DNA of 63,216 nt, filler included, from Ministeria vibrans ATCC 50519 (taxonomy: Eukaryota; Protista; Filasterea): the NCBI GenBank assembly GCA_943704425.1. It is 5 parts of 5 records of this genome, joined end to end, with 100 filler letters (N's around TTAATTAATTAA, not from the genome) between each part and the next. Parts side by side here need not be neighbours in the genome. Positions count along the whole stretch, not along the records: positions 1 to 14,722 come from CALSCP010002060.1; positions 14,823 to 39,881 come from CALSCP010000540.1; 3 more parts are not named here. The stretch is one strand, 5' to 3'. Both the position numbers and the translations under genes were made by a program. The notes under the pieces are model-generated. The model was not told where the DNA came from and did no database searches. It saw only the letters and a program-made list of their open reading frames with translations. This document shows, in pieces, positions 1 to 15,128 of this stretch; the first letter of the stretch is position 1, and every line of letters starts with the position of its first letter.

Positions 1-652
1 TTTTTTTTCGCCTTTACCATTCTGCGTTTTGTGGTATTGTGGTTTGGCATGTGCACGGCCCCCACGTCTCCGCGGGCCCCCTGCATTGCCATCGGGGACG
101 GTTGATTGCGGCTTGCGGCGGCCCTTGGCGCGCTTGCCACAGCGGCCACGTCGCTTGCTTCTCTGCTCCTAACCAGCGCACCTCCCACGCGAAATCACCG
201 CCCCCTCGCTGCCTCCTGCCGCCCGTCACCGTCGTAGGGGATCTGCCGGACCCTTTGTGACGCACCTGCACCGCCACGAAGACAACATTCAATGATACAG
301 AGAGAGTGTCGTCTTTTTTTTTTTTCTTTCTCTTTTTTTCATTTGAACGTGTTATGTCCCTAATCATGGCGGCCAACGGGCACTCATGGCCCTTATTCCC
401 ACGTCTCGCCACGATGCGAGCGGCTTGTGTTGACGCAAACAGCGAAGATTGCACTTTTGCATTTTTTTTACGCTTGAACTGTTTTCATTTCTGTGTCAAT
501 CCCTCTGCCTAAATGGTAGCTTGTTGCCCTTGTGTTCTTTTGTCTTCTTTCCGTTGTCGTGTTTGCCGTGTCAAGCTGGATTTGTCTCACTCTGCGTATC
601 ATGAGTCTTCACTTTCTCTTACATTGTATGATATTGTGTTGTGTCTATATAG

Positions 653-3222
653 CATTCATGTCTCGTCTCTTTGCCGTGCTCCGTTTTGAATCGGTCATTC
701 ACGAGTTTGATCCGTACTTCAACTACCGCACGACACAGGTAAGCAAGCAACAAGCGCGAATGATAATAAGGTGTGAGCTGATCTCCTGGTACTCGTTTTA
801 GTACCTTGTGAACAATGGCGCGTACGATTTCCACAATTGGTTCGACGATCGTGCCTGGTACCCTCTTGGACGTATCATTGGTGGCACCATCTACCCGGGT
901 CTCATGGCCACATCGGCTGTGCTGTACAACGCTCTGCACTACATCAATATCACCATTGACATTCGAAACGTGTGCGTGTTCCTTGCCCCTCTCTTTTCGT
1001 CTCTCACCGTCATGTCCACTTATGCTCTGGTAAGTACAACAGCGTACATATCATATTATTTGTGTTAATAATTACTATACTGTATTGTATAAAATTATAA
1101 TTATTTATATATGCGTGTCTGTGTGATGCATGATGTGTGCTAAACCTTATTTCTATTGCATTTTTGTTGTAGACACGCGAGCTGCATTCCAAGGCGGCGG
1201 GTCTGACTGCCGCTGCCTTTGTTGCCATCGTTCCCGGCTACATCTCGCGTTCAGTTGCGGGCTCTTACGATAACGAAGGAATTGCCATTTTTGCACTTAT
1301 CTTCACGTTTTACCTGTGGATCAAGGCGGTCAAGACCGGCTCGATGATGTGGGCGGGTGCAACGGCCCTTGCCTACTTTTACATGGTGTCCGCCTGGGGT
1401 GGCTACGTCTTCATCATCAACATTATCCCACTCCACGTCCTGGCACTCATGATCACAGGCCGTTTTAGCCACCGTGTCTACGTCGCTTACTCCACTCTCT
1501 ACTGCCTCGGAACACTCTTTTCCATGCAGGTATTTTTTTTTTTTCGTTTCAATTATTACTAATAATTATTTGCATTATAAAATAATGTAGATTTCGTTTG
1601 TGGGATTCCAGCCGGTGCTGTCGAGCGAGCATATGGGTGCTCTGGGCGCCTTCGGTCTGTGCCAGCTCCTTGCCTTTGCCAACTACGTTCGCTCGGTTCT
1701 CTCTGAGGAACAGTTCACTGTACGCAATCAAAAGTGCACGCAATTGTCGAAATTCCAACCTAATCCTGACCTTTTTCTTCTTTTCTTTTTTTTTACTAGG
1801 TTCTGTACAAGACTGTGATTATTGGCGGAGGCGGAACAGTTCTCGCTGTGGGTCTGATTCTGCAGTTTATTGGCAAGATCGCACCGTGGACCGGCCGCTT
1901 TTACTCGCTTCTGGACCCAACCTACGCCAAGGAGCACATTCCCATCATTGCCTCAGTCTCAGAACATCAACCGACCACCTGGTCGTCGTTCTTCTTTGAC
2001 TTGCAACTTCTGGCCATGCTCTTTCCCGTCGGCATGTACTTTTGCTTCCGCAAGCTTACCGACCACAACATGTTCATCATCATCTACGGCTGCTTCTCCA
2101 TCTACTTTGCTGGTGTCATGGTTCGTCTGATGCTTGTCCTTGCCCCTGTCATGTGTGTTCTTGGCGCGATTGCCATCACCGAGACGCTCACGCAGAACTG
2201 GAAGAACATTGAGGAACCGACAACGAAGAAGGAGCAAAAGGAGGCGAAGCGTGTCGGAGACGAGCGCAACAAGCAGAAGAAGCGTGTGGCTACTGGCGCG
2301 CTCATCCTGGTCACTGTGCTGCTGTGCCTCTACTCGTTCCACTGCCTGTGGGTCACGGCCGAGGCGTACTCGTCCCCCAGCATTGTCCTGGCTGCCAAGG
2401 GTGGTAATGGCCGTCACATCTTTGATGACTTCCGTGAGGCCTACTTCTGGTTGCGTCAGAACACTCCCGAAGATGCCAAGGTATACTACACTGCAAGGGA
2501 AGAGAGCTAAGTTGGTGACTAATATGTGTTCTCTTTTTGTTTGTTTTTTTGTGTGAAATAGATTATGTCGTGGTGGGATTACGGCTACCAGATTACAGCC
2601 ATGGCGAACCGTACAATTCTGGTGGACAACAACACATGGAACAACACACACATTGCGACGGTGGGCCGTGCCATGGCCAGCACCGAGGAGAACGCCTTCC
2701 CCATCCTGCAGGCCCTTGATGTCGACTACATCCTCATCATCTTTGGTGGTCTCACTGGCTATGCGTCTGACGACATCAACAAGGTAGGTTTATTAATAAG
2801 AATTGTGACGAGAGTGACACTCAATGACAATGGCAATGACATTCGCTTCTTCTTCTTCTTTTTTTTGTTTTTTTTTTTGTTTTTTTCTTGTTTCACAGTT
2901 TCTGTGGATGATCCGCATTGGCGGCTCAGTCTACCCGGAGATCAAGGAAAAGGACTACATGGCCAAGTCGGGCGAGTACAAGATCGACCGGGCTGCGCCG
3001 TCGGTCATGACGTCGAGCCTCATGTACAAGTTGTGCTACTACCGCTTTGGCACGGTGCACACGGACAGCGGCAAGCCCAGCGGCTGGGACAGAGTGCGCA
3101 CTGCCGAGATTGGCGTTAAGGACTTTGAACTGGACACGGTTGAGGAGGCGTACACGACCGAACACTGGATTGTCCGCATCTACAAGGTCAAGAAGCCCGA
3201 CAACCGCAGTGGCTCCTTCTGA
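653..3222 (+). CDS. STT3: Oligosaccharyltransferase catalytic subunit STT3 (multi-exon; first exon(s) unresolved upstream of 653)
   Basis: Exons encode [33 protein letters not shown], the WWDYG motif, [11 protein letters not shown] and DINKFLWM. GT-AG introns; stop TGA at 3220-3222. Confidence 0.97.
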
Positions 3223-3438
3223 GAATCTTTCTCTTTGTCTCTGTTTGTCTGTGTTTGTGTGTGTCTGTGTCCTCTTATTTTGTGTTGCTTCTCATTTGGT
3301 GGTTTCAATGCAGATCTTTTGACTTTTCCTCTTTCCCAGAGTTGACAAAAAAAAAGAAAGAAAAATAGAGAAAGAACAAAAGGGTCACAAAACGCAACAA
3401 TAAATACAGTGCAAAAAAAAAAAACAAGGTCTGCGCAT

Positions 3439-4627
3439 TCACTGGGCCTCGGCACCGACGGGACGGCCCTGGCCCCAGGCAAAACCACCCGGGGCTGCGT
3501 CGACCTGGGGCAGAGGGACTCCGTCGGCGTCGAGGGCGGGCGGAGCCTCTTGGAAGAGCCAGGTGAGCAGGCGTGGTGTGCGCAGCAGACGTGTGCCTGT
3601 GCGTGCCGGGTACACGTCTTCCAAGAAGTAGTAGATGTGGCCCGTCGCAATGCCAATGATGTCCACCATGATCGACTGGTTCAACATCAGCGAGAACACT
3701 GGTGGCCGTATTGTCAGGATATGAAAGAAAAAAACAGGAAAGAAGAAAAAATGTGAGACGAACAAACAAAATAGTGCGTCTGAGTGTGGTGATCGCTTAC
3801 GAAGCAAGACCCAAGGCAGATAGGGCGCTTTGAAGGTCAAAATACCAAGGATGCTCATGTGCACGTTGGGGTTGCGGCGCGACCAGACGTAGACAAGCAT
3901 ACTGGTGAGACCCATGCCAAGAAAGTACATGTCCAAGAAGGGAGCCATGCACAGAATGAGTGTGGCGCCAAAGAGCAGCATAAACAGATAGTCGGCGGTG
4001 CGCCCCAAGAAATGGTCCTGCTCCAGCAGCAGCGAGTAGCGGTAGAGAAAGTACATGTGGAAGACATATTCAATGTTGAATGGACCGAAGTAGAAAAAGT
4101 TGGTCACAATCCGCCAAAGCTACAAAATGACAAGAGGAAATTAACAGCCAATCAAAAGAGACGAAGATCGGCCGTTGCACAATGGGCGCATGGCAGGCAT
4201 AAAGAGGAGAGGGGGAGCAGGGAGGGGGGGGCGGGGGGCGGCGGCAGGGGAGCGCCGTTGGTCGTGCGGTCGCGCGTTGAAAGTTCGCGATGGCCGCACC
4301 ATCACACACGTCAGCCACAGGGGCAGAACTGCGCTTGCTCACGAAGGGCTCGAAGGGGGTCGGGGCATGGAGAGCAGGATGGTGTGCGTGGCGTACCTCG
4401 AGTTTGTTGTAGATGAGAGCGCTGTTGAAGTAGAGTTTGAACGGCGACAGAATCTCAAGTTGCTACAGACGGAGGAAGCGTCAGAGAAGGACGGGCGCGT
4501 GGATGCGCCGCGCACTGGCGGCAGTGGGGGGGTGTACCGTTGCAAGGGTGGTGAGGAAACAGACGCTCACATAGGTGCGCGTAATGACAGGAAGCTGAAG
4601 AAAGAATGTGTGCGGCGCGTCGGCCAT
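3439..4627 (-). CDS. DERL2: Derlin (Der1/Derlin-2-like) ERAD rhomboid pseudoprotease, 4 exons
   Basis: LPVITRTY, LWRIVTNFFYFG, LYRYSLLLE, VYVWSRRNP, APYLPWVLL, GHIYYFLEDVYP. C-terminal GGFAWGQG resembles an SHP box. Confidence 0.93.
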
Positions 4628-4840
4628 GGTGCGTTGCTTCTTATTGTACGTAAGATGGTACTCCGTTAGACGTTGGTGCGATGTATATCGAATGTATTTG
4701 CGACCAAAAAAAAAAAAAGAAGAAATCAAAATATTTTATGATTGTTTCAACTTTCATGTTTGAACTTTGAAATTTTTCTTCACGTTTCTCCCTTTTTGAT
4801 AAGATCAAAATATAATCAAAAACATTATTTTTAATTTGAA

Positions 4841-6969
4841 ATGCAGCTGTTATCGTTTGTTGTGTGCGCCGCTGTGGTGATGTGCACGGTGCAGGTGTCG
4901 GCGGGCGCGGAAGGAACGGACCCAAAATTCTCACGAGCGACAGTTGACTTTCGCAAAGAGGCTGCTTTCGGACTGCACGTCGACAACGACAGCGACGGCT
5001 GTGTCGACGAACGCGAGGCGATTGCAGCACTCCACGGAGAACTCGATGACAACTCGTACGATTATGAAAATGGTGCAGAGTGAAGTGTGTTGCGCAATAT
5101 CGTCATTGTGATGATGATAACAAGTCGACTCAAACGCCCATGCGTTGCGTAGAGACGGGGCCATCAACGCATTAGAATCAATGGACTATCTGGAGACGCA
5201 CAAGGTGGACGGGACGGTAAGGGGGCGCGCGGGCTGTGCACTGCGCCGGTTTGTGAGACGGTTTGCGTTTTTTCTGCGTAGGCGTTCAAGCGACGCCAAA
5301 CGGCCTTCCACGCACACGACAGCGACCGCGACGGCAACGACTTTATATCGGTCAACGAGATGCAGACCGCGTGGAACGACAGCATGGGTAAGGGGCGGCT
5401 GCGCTCTGTGAGGTGTGTGGGTGGGTTGTGTGACACGTCGTTGGTCTTGGCGTAGTGCGACACTGGTCAACGCGCGACGTTCAAATCTGGATGGAAAACA
5501 TTGTGGGCTTGCCCCAATACGGACCGTTGTTCTTGTAAGTGCGCTGGACTTTGATATGCGGACATGTGACAAAGGGAGTTCGATTGTTGAAAAATTCCTT
5601 TGTAGTGAGATGAATATTGACGGGAAGAAACTGCCATTGTTTGCGCTGCAACGCGGAAAGCTTCTTGAGAGTGTGCTGCACATTACGGACGCAAGGCACC
5701 GCGAACAGATTGCGACGCGGATTACTTTGGATGTGGTGTTCAGTTCGCGCACAGGTACAAGTACAGACGAGTTGTGTGTCATACTAACGACGTGTGTGTG
5801 ACTTACTTTTTTCTTTTTTCATTTTTTTTTGGGGGGGGCAGCGGTGGATCCATGGGCGTCATGGATGACCACTTTGCTGGTCACTGTTATCATTCTGTTT
5901 ACGTGTGCGCTCTACTTGTACAAACGGAAACACGCAGAAGAACGGTACGAGAAGGTTATATGTTTGGCCATCCTTTCTTTGACTAATTTTTTTTTATGTG
6001 TAGTGCACTGCAGAGTCGAGTAGCGCATTTGAATGAGGAGATGGAGAAGCGCACGGCGGAGGCGAAAAAGGCCGCGCACAGTTCGTCTGAGCGACTCAAA
6101 CGGGAAATGTCTGATTTGAAGCGGAAACTACACGAGAGCTCCAGCTCATCGCAGCGACAACGGTCTGAATCATCGGACCAGATTGTACAGGTGTTGCTAG
6201 AGACATACGAGCGAGAAAGAGAAGTGCTGGACACGGAAGGAGCTCAAGCAACAGAGGCATGGCGCACGGCCAAGGAGGAGGTACCGCACGTGGGGTGTGA
6301 GCCAAGTGTGTGCTCAGTGTGAGTTGAGTGATGCTCTCTGAGATGGTGTGCGCTTTCGTGTCTGGCATGTTGTTTATTTTGTCTTTTTTTTTCTTTTCTT
6401 ATTTGTGTTAGTTTGAGAAGCGTCATCCATCCAATATTAAGGCACTGCAGATGTGGCGTCGACCAGAGGATCAGTATCGGAAGATGCGAAGGGCGATTGA
6501 GTCATCGCAAGAAAAACAACTGCGCGTACAGGTAAGGGAGGGACCGCCGGTTGCTGAATGCGCCGAGAGTGCATGTGTACGTACTGGTTGTGCTATGTAT
6601 TTATGTATGTATGTAGAAACAACGCGAAGAGATGGAGTCGCGATGGATTAAGATTGAGGAGTTTGTTGTGCGCCCTTTGGTAACGAAAATGATAGAAAAA
6701 GAGTTCTTCAGCGAGACTCGATCACACTCATCGACCATTAACCCCCCGTTGTGTCTCTGCGTGTGTTTGTGTAGAAGCGGACGCTCAACCTTGACTTCTA
6801 CATGGACTCGTCGACACCATCGTCGTCCGTCTCCAGTCCCTCCCCCAGTCTCGACAAGGGCCCCTTTGTCTCCCGGTCGGGGTCCGGCTTGGTGTCCCGG
6901 TCGGGTTCCCGGCAGACGTCCCGCGCAGAACTTCTGAAGGATCAGCCTCGCTCATCCAAATCTCAATGA
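4841..6969 (+). CDS. STIM: Stromal interaction molecule: signal peptide, EF-hands, SAM, TM, coiled coil with SOAR/CAD-like region
   Basis: Signal peptide MQLLSFVV. Spliced EF loop DDNSDGAINALE (intron ~5056-5152). SAM VRHWSTRDVQIWMENIVGLPQY...HITDARHREQIA. TM helix. LLETYEREREVL...AKEE...RWIKIEE matches STIM1 SOAR landmarks. Confidence 0.85.
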
Positions 6970-7028
6970 ATAGTACAGTTGATACACACGAAAAAAAAAA
7001 AAAAAAAAAAAGGCAAAAGCCAATTTGT

Positions 7029-8641
7029 TCACCAAGTAACATGGACATAATCAAAGTCAAAGCGCTCGGGCTGACCATAGTGAAGGGCGTCAGGAAAATC
7101 AGCGGTGGCCCAGTCAAAGACAGGGAGGGGGTGTGCGGAGTTGGACTGGGTGCCGTGGGTGGGCCCGCAGACAGCCGAGGTGCTCAGGCCCTGTCGCATC
7201 AGTGACGCGTTCGTCATCTTGCTGTCGGTACCGCCGTGCGATCGTCGCACCAGTGCGCCAAAGGGTGCCTTCATGTCGCTCGGGTTGAGGTCGCTGCGCG
7301 CCGAAATGGCGTTTTCGCCACTGAATGGAGTTGGGGTGCAGTTGCAGCGAGAGAGAGGGTCGTGTTGGAAGTCGTTGTAGCGCATCATGTGCTGCATGGA
7401 GGTGAGGTCGGTGATGTGCGTATGGTCGCGTGCAAAGATAAGAGCGCGCGGGCTCTTGTCGTGCGTGAACCAGTCGCCGTACTTCGCCACTTGCGCTGGC
7501 TGGTTGCTCATGTCGAAGATGAAGGGGAACGCCGCAATGCTACAGCGCCGACAATATTAGTGTGGGAAGCATATCATTATCTCGTCATGCGTACTTGTAC
7601 GAGGCCCAGTAGGATTGCTGGCGTAGGGTGTCGGTACAGTCCTTGGAGCGGACAAAGCCAGGGATCTGCTCGACGACCCAGAGGAGGTCGTCGGCAAGGT
7701 GCTCGGCACCAGGCACAAAACGACTGTAGTCGACGATCATCCATTGGTTGTTGTAGGTACCGCTGTTGTGGCGCGAAAATACATCGGCCCACTCGCTTCC
7801 CGAGTGGGCAAGTCGATTGGCCACAATGCTGCGACGCCACTCGAGAACGCTCTCGGGCTGAATGTACAGCTCCACGAGCGTCTGGTTGTTGTTGCCAATG
7901 GTCGTCTCCATCGACACGAGCTGCGACGACAGCTGGTAAAAGTCGTCGCCGGAGCCCACGACGCCCGGACTTGACGAGAAGGTCTGCTCGACGGCTGCCG
8001 CATGCTCAAAGTAGAATGTGTACTTCTTGTACGTGCGCAACATTCCCGAGAAGTTGTCCCACGTGTCCTGTGCCGCAAAAAGCTCCGCATTGCCGGGCAG
8101 CAGCTTAATCATGGCGCTGCACGACCCAGAGCCGACGACACCCTTGGGGGCTTCGGGACCCAACAGTGCACTGGCGAGGTCCTCGAGATCGCCCGACATC
8201 TGCAGTAGGTTCATGGCAAATAGATCCAGCTCTTCACCCTTGGTGGCGTTCATTGCATAACCGTCGGCGAGGCCGCGCAGCTGGTCGCTCAAGAGGAATA
8301 CATGATGCCAGTAGGCCTCTTGGTGCGGCTCCGCATTGTCACGCTGCGTCTGCATCCACGCGTCCTGCTTCGCCATGTAGTTCTTCAACAGTGGACACAG
8401 CTTGGCGTTGTTCGTGCACCAGTCACCCTTGCCGTAGTTGTTGACGTAGTTATAGTAGATCAGTTGACGCGTCAGAAGCCCCTCGACGACACCTGCCGCG
8501 TACGCACGCTCACTACACAGCCACGCCAAGCCACAAACACGGGTGAGAACACGCCACACATCATCATCATCATCATTGCATTGCATACCTGTCAGAGCCC
8601 ACTGTGTTGCTTGTGTTCACGTGCAGAAATGTCCATCCATT
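7029..8641 (-). CDS. Phospholipase B-like (PLBD) Ntn-hydrolase; 5' exon(s) unresolved
   Basis: GSCSAMIKLLP (catalytic Cys), SGDDFYQ, METTIGN, NSGTYNNQWMIVDY, SYWASYN, MMRYNDF, AISARSDLN. Confidence 0.92.
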
Positions 8642-9076
8642 CTAAAGGAGCAATAATAGGTTAAAACAGTTTGGATAACAAAAAAAAAAAAAAAAAAAAA
8701 AAAAAAAACGAAAGTTAAACCGCCGGTTGTAGAGCAAAGCCAGGGCAATGGGCAGAAGCGGAAGGGCGGGAGGGGCACCAGCAGAAGAGTACACACACAC
8801 AGGGGGCGCACGGGGGGTGCGGCAGAGGGCAGGGGGCGGTGGCGAGACACAGGAGGGTCGCGTCTTACCAAGCTCCGCCATTGCGTGTTTGTGGGCGTCG
8901 CGTGGGAGTTTTGTGTCAGCGAGACAAACAGTGGAGTGCGTGCAGATCCACGGGAGTGAAAAGTATGATCTGAATTCTGAGTTGTACTTCTGAGTATCTT
9001 CTTCTGTTTCTTGAACTCTTTTGAACTTCGGGTTTGTTTTTTGTACACACGCCACACACGCACACAGCACAAGCCG

Positions 9077-9854
9077 CTACACAGCGGTACCAACTTCGGC
9101 AATAGCACACTGGCGCTCGTCGTCTTCCGCGCCAACGAGGTCGGCTACGACGCGACGGCACTGGGCGAGCCACTCGCGCTTCCCTTGGTCTGACACGGCT
9201 GCCAGAAAGATGGTGCGGGTTGGCAGACGCACTGTGAACGAATGTGCCTTGCCCGGATCGCCTTCGTCGAGGATGTGCGCGTGACGCAGCTCGTAGCGAC
9301 CGCCCGCGTCGCCCTTGTCGTTGGGCCCATCAAAATGAAAAAGTGTTGCGTCCGAGTCAAGCACAAAGAAGCGCTCGTGCCAGCGCAGCGACTCCATTAT
9401 GCCGCCAGTGCCACGCCGATTGAGCGTACCACGGCACACAAGTGTGCTTTCAAGATTTGCCAAAGTGATCTGAGCAATGTGAAGGGCACGCAACGCCGTA
9501 CGGTCGAGCGTGAACGGAGCTGCGTCGCCATCGGCATCGGTGCCCAGCGAGCAGTGTTCGGCTTCTGCCCGCTCGCGCAGCCATCCTTCTACGTCTTCAT
9601 CAAAAGTTCCCTATGTGAAATAGTTGGTGAGAGTTTTGCGTTTGTGAAAAAGGGCGTTCGTACCCCGAGCGACGCGGGCAGACGTTCCGCCGACACGTAC
9701 TTGGTCAGCTTGGACCGTTTTGTAAATTTGATGCGCGAAACAATCGCATTGTGTGTGAAGCGACGCACCACGTTCCACAGAAGCGTCAAGTACCAAGGTG
9801 GGTCGACGACATAGATGGGTCCCAGACTAAAACCATCGCAAATGAGTGAATGAG

Positions 9855-9895
<41 letters not shown>

Positions 9896-9922
9896 GAGAG
9901 AGAGAGACCCGCGTCTGTTGTG

Positions 9923-10011
<89 letters not shown>

Positions 10012-10677
10012 GTGTGGAGAGAGAGAGAGACCCAGGTCTGTTGTGTGTGTGTGTGGTATGAGATAAACGTACATTCCCGGGTATTGGTCGCGCAGCGTCT
10101 CCAGCACAAGACGCATAGTCGAGTCGTTGCGTTGCTTCATGCTCCAGCCACTGAAATCCTGGAATATGCACACTTCGGTGACACTACAAGGAGCGTGATG
10201 AAAAGGCAAACAGACTGCTGTTGTGCGTTACGCTGCGTCTTCGAGAACCCTCTCCGCAACGTAGAGAAACATCAAAAGAGCCTCTTGCCCCGTCATCTCC
10301 GAGGGTTGGTAGTTTCCAAAGTGCATGATCAATATGGGGCGTCCCTCGGCGTCTCTCGAGCGGGAGTTCACCAGCCACTGTTGCGAGAGCGACTGAGGTG
10401 TTTGGGTCAGCGCCTCGACTCTGCCGCACAGTACGGCCTACCTTTGCCACATGGCACACCTTCAGGCGCGACAGCCCGACCTGCTTGCGCCAGCGCATGT
10501 GCTCGAGGGCGTGCAGTCGCGTTCTGTCTGCGTCGTCGTCGTGGTGGCGCGACAGACGACGCAGTGCCCCGCTCGAGATGCCGTCGCGCGACTCTTCCGG
10601 TAGCCCTTCGCGGATCTGCATAGAAGCGTTATCTATGAGTGTAGCGGTACAGGTCGCACCTTGTTAATGTCCGCCAT
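9077..10677 (-). CDS. CRAL-TRIO (Sec14-like) plus C-terminal PH domain protein
   Basis: [48 protein letters not shown] (CRAL-TRIO). [30 protein letters not shown] (PH). Confidence 0.8.
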
Positions 10678-10792
10678 GAGTAAAAATTGTTTGTTTTTTG
10701 GACTTTTGGCTTTTGAGTTTCAGTTTTTGAGGTTTGATTGTGCCTTTTAAAAGTTATTTTCTATTTATTTAAAAGACCCCCGCTCTCGTGCC

Positions 10793-12607
10793 ATGTCCAC
10801 GTCCGAGGATAGCCAGGACATTGAGGCGCCTCTGCCTCCGCTGCCGACAGTCCTTCCCACAATGCAAAGCCGAAGCGAATCTCCTCCTCCGCCGCCGCCA
10901 CCCCCGCTGACACCCGAGCGAGACATTGCGAGTGTCATCCGGTCGACACTGATGGCGCTGGAAGGCGCTCACATTCGCCAGCGCAAGAAGGAAGCAAAAT
11001 CGCTGTTGAACGTCTCCTTCCAAAAGCTAGAAGCGGTCACTCTCGAGCAGCTGCAGCCCGAGCGCCTCGTTGGGTTGTCGCGTGACGAGGCTGACGCCAT
11101 CTCGCAGCAAGTGTACGACTCCCTTCGCGCCGTGATGCGTGGGCTTGCGGTACGCGTCATCCGGTCGCTTTGCATTCCTTCCTCACGCTCACGCTTGCCT
11201 TGCAGGTCACTGTGGTCAAGCATTACGACGCCGAAGCGGCCAGTCTGCCCGGTGCTGCGGACACAGAGAGTGTGAAGCAGTCCACAAGCGAGCTGCGGCA
11301 ACAGCTGGACGCGTGTGTCGATTCGGTTGAAGCCATTTCGCGCGGACGCGGCTCGCTCGAGGAGAAGTCGCCGACAATTGACGAAGGAGAAGAATGGGAC
11401 GCAGCGCAAGAGGGCTCGTTGGTGACCACATTACATTGTCAGAGACTAGCGGCTGGTAGTGTACCTGCGCCGGGCACTGGTGCGGCGCCCACACCGCAAC
11501 TTGCGCGCGACCTCCTCGAGCGGTTCAAGTTGTCGGAACGGTCGTTCCGTGAAGGCACGGTGACGGTGACGGAGTCGGGAGTGATTGTACGCGACGCCGC
11601 GACGCAAGAGACAATTTCTATGCACCCAGCACATCGTATTCGTCTGTGCTGTCGCGTGCCACGCGACGACAAACAAAAATCAAAGTGGGTGGCGCTTGTG
11701 GCGACGCGTCAGCCCCTCTGCTTGCTGCTGCGACTCGACCGACCAAAGGATCTACTCGAGTAAGTGTGAGCGCACACGAGAGTGGTGGTGCTGATTGTAC
11801 TGACTGAATTGGTCTTTGTAGTCCCATCAAGCGGATTGTGCAACCGACGTGGTCGACCGCTGAGTTGCGCGAGGCGACCGACGCCGTGAACCGCGCAGCC
11901 ACCATTGCACACACGCCACGTGTGTCGGTGGCGCAGTCTACGGTGGCGGGCTCTGTGCAGAGCGAGCGGGTGGACGGCGAAGGGGAAGGAGACGACGACG
12001 ATGAGGAGGAGGACGATGAGGAGGACGAAGATGAAGGATTGACGCTGTCGTCGGGGCAGAAGCAACCGGTGATGAAGCAGCGAAAGAGTGTGCGCACAGC
12101 GAGCACTGTGAGCACGAGCAACAGCAACACCAGTGGTGGGATGGGTGCGGGTGTAGGAGGCAGGGGGCGCAGTACAACGCAGGCCCTGTTCCACGACGAC
12201 CTGGGCGACCCTCTCGTGCGCTATCAGGGCTACCTGGTCAAGCGAGGCGCGCGCGTCAAGTCCTGGAAGAAGCGCTATTTCAAGTTGACGTCGCAGGATC
12301 TACAGTATTATCGCAGTGACACGGTAAGCAGTCTGTCGATTGATGTTGATGAGATGGTGTGCATTAACACGACCACTCCAAATAGTCTCGCTCTGCAATT
12401 CGCTCCATCAGCGTGTCGGACATTGTGTCGGTGGGCAAGGTTGACAGTGGACGATACGGCAAGGAGCGGCAGTATGCGTTTTATGCGGAGACACCAGCAC
12501 GGGAGTTTGTGTTTGTAGCCGAGAGTGCGGATGAGCAGCGCCAGTGGATCGACGCTCTTGTTCAGGTTGTACCCTCTTTTATGCTTGGCGGAGGCCTTCA
12601 CTTGTGA
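10793..12607 (+). CDS. Proline-rich protein with a PTB/PH-like central domain and a C-terminal PH domain
   Basis: YQGYLVKRGARVKSWKKRYFKL...REFVFVAESADEQRQWIDAL is a canonical PH. VTVTESGVIVRD..HPAHRIRLCC resembles PTB. Confidence 0.75.
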
Positions 12608-12855
12608 GCCTGTCGCGCCCTTGACTTGACTTGGCATTGTATTGTAGTATTTACCCCCAGCCAAAACTCATTGGTTTGCTCTCATTAGTCAGTCAAGACT
12701 CTCAAGGCAAAATCAGGTTTAGACTCTAGACTCAGTGAAGACTCAAGAGTCACTTGTTGCGTCATGAACAAAAACTGAGGATAAAGGATGAGTTGAGTTT
12801 AGAGTTGACACTTCACTTCATTGACTTCAAAGTTTTTGATCATTTGTACTCTGAT

Positions 12856-14484
<1,629 letters not shown>

Positions 14485-14766
14485 GTACGCACATGACGTG
14501 GTCTGACTCCATTTCTGAACACCACCGTCTTTGACCCCTTTAAAAACATATCGTGTCGATGTATCCTCTCTGTCTTGACCAATCCGGTCTGAATCATCAC
14601 TGTGTCCTTGTGCAATGCATTTGATGATGTTACCTACGTTCTTTTGCACCTATCTCTGCTGTGTCCTCTCTCTCTCTCTCTCTCTTTTGGTGCGGGATTC
14701 CACAAGCCGCATCCGGACTGGGNNNNNNNNNNNNNNNNNNNNNNNNNNNNNNNNNNNNNNNNNNNN

Positions 14767-14778
14767 TTAATTAATTAA
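14767..14778. other. Artificial contig-joining spacer TTAATTAATTAA in N runs (also 39926-39937, 42550-42561, 60699-60710)
   Basis: Identical palindromic all-frame-stop 12-mer flanked by ~44 N on each side. Several genes beside these spacers are truncated. Confidence 0.95.
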
Positions 14779-14822
14779 NNNNNNNNNNNNNNNNNNNNNN
14801 NNNNNNNNNNNNNNNNNNNNNN

Positions 14823-15105
14823 TCTCTTGAACTCTCTCTCTCTTGAACTCTCTCTTGAACTCTCTTGAACTCTCTCTTGAACTCTCTCTCTCTCTTGAAC
14901 TCTCTCTCTCTCTCTCTTGAACTCTCTCTCTCTCTCTCTTTCTCTTGAACTCTCTCTCTCTTGAACTCTCTCTCTCTTGAACTCTCTCTTGAACTCTCTT
15001 GAACTCTCTCTTGAACTCTCTCTCTCTCTTGAACTCTCTCTCTCTCTTGAACTCTCTCTCTCTCTTGAACTCTCTCTTTCTCTCTCTTGAACTCTCTCTC
15101 TCTCT
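14823..15105. repeat. Compound microsatellite (CT)n-TGAA
   Basis: More than 15 copies of CTCTTGAACTCT with variable CT runs. Confidence 0.9.
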
Positions 15106-15128
15106 GTTTGTCGTGTATGCATATATAG

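Noticed and set aside
9846-10066. CV/HT-repeat ORFs (also the SL/RE ORFs at 14.8, 23.2, 38.8, 40.0 and 48.0 kb)
   Set aside because: They are translations of (GT)n and (CT)n microsatellites in introns or intergenic DNA.
14767-14778. TTAATTAATTAA palindrome as a biological site (e.g. piggyBac TTAA target)
   Set aside because: It is always centred in N runs, four times, and several flanking genes are truncated. It is an artificial all-frame-stop linker.
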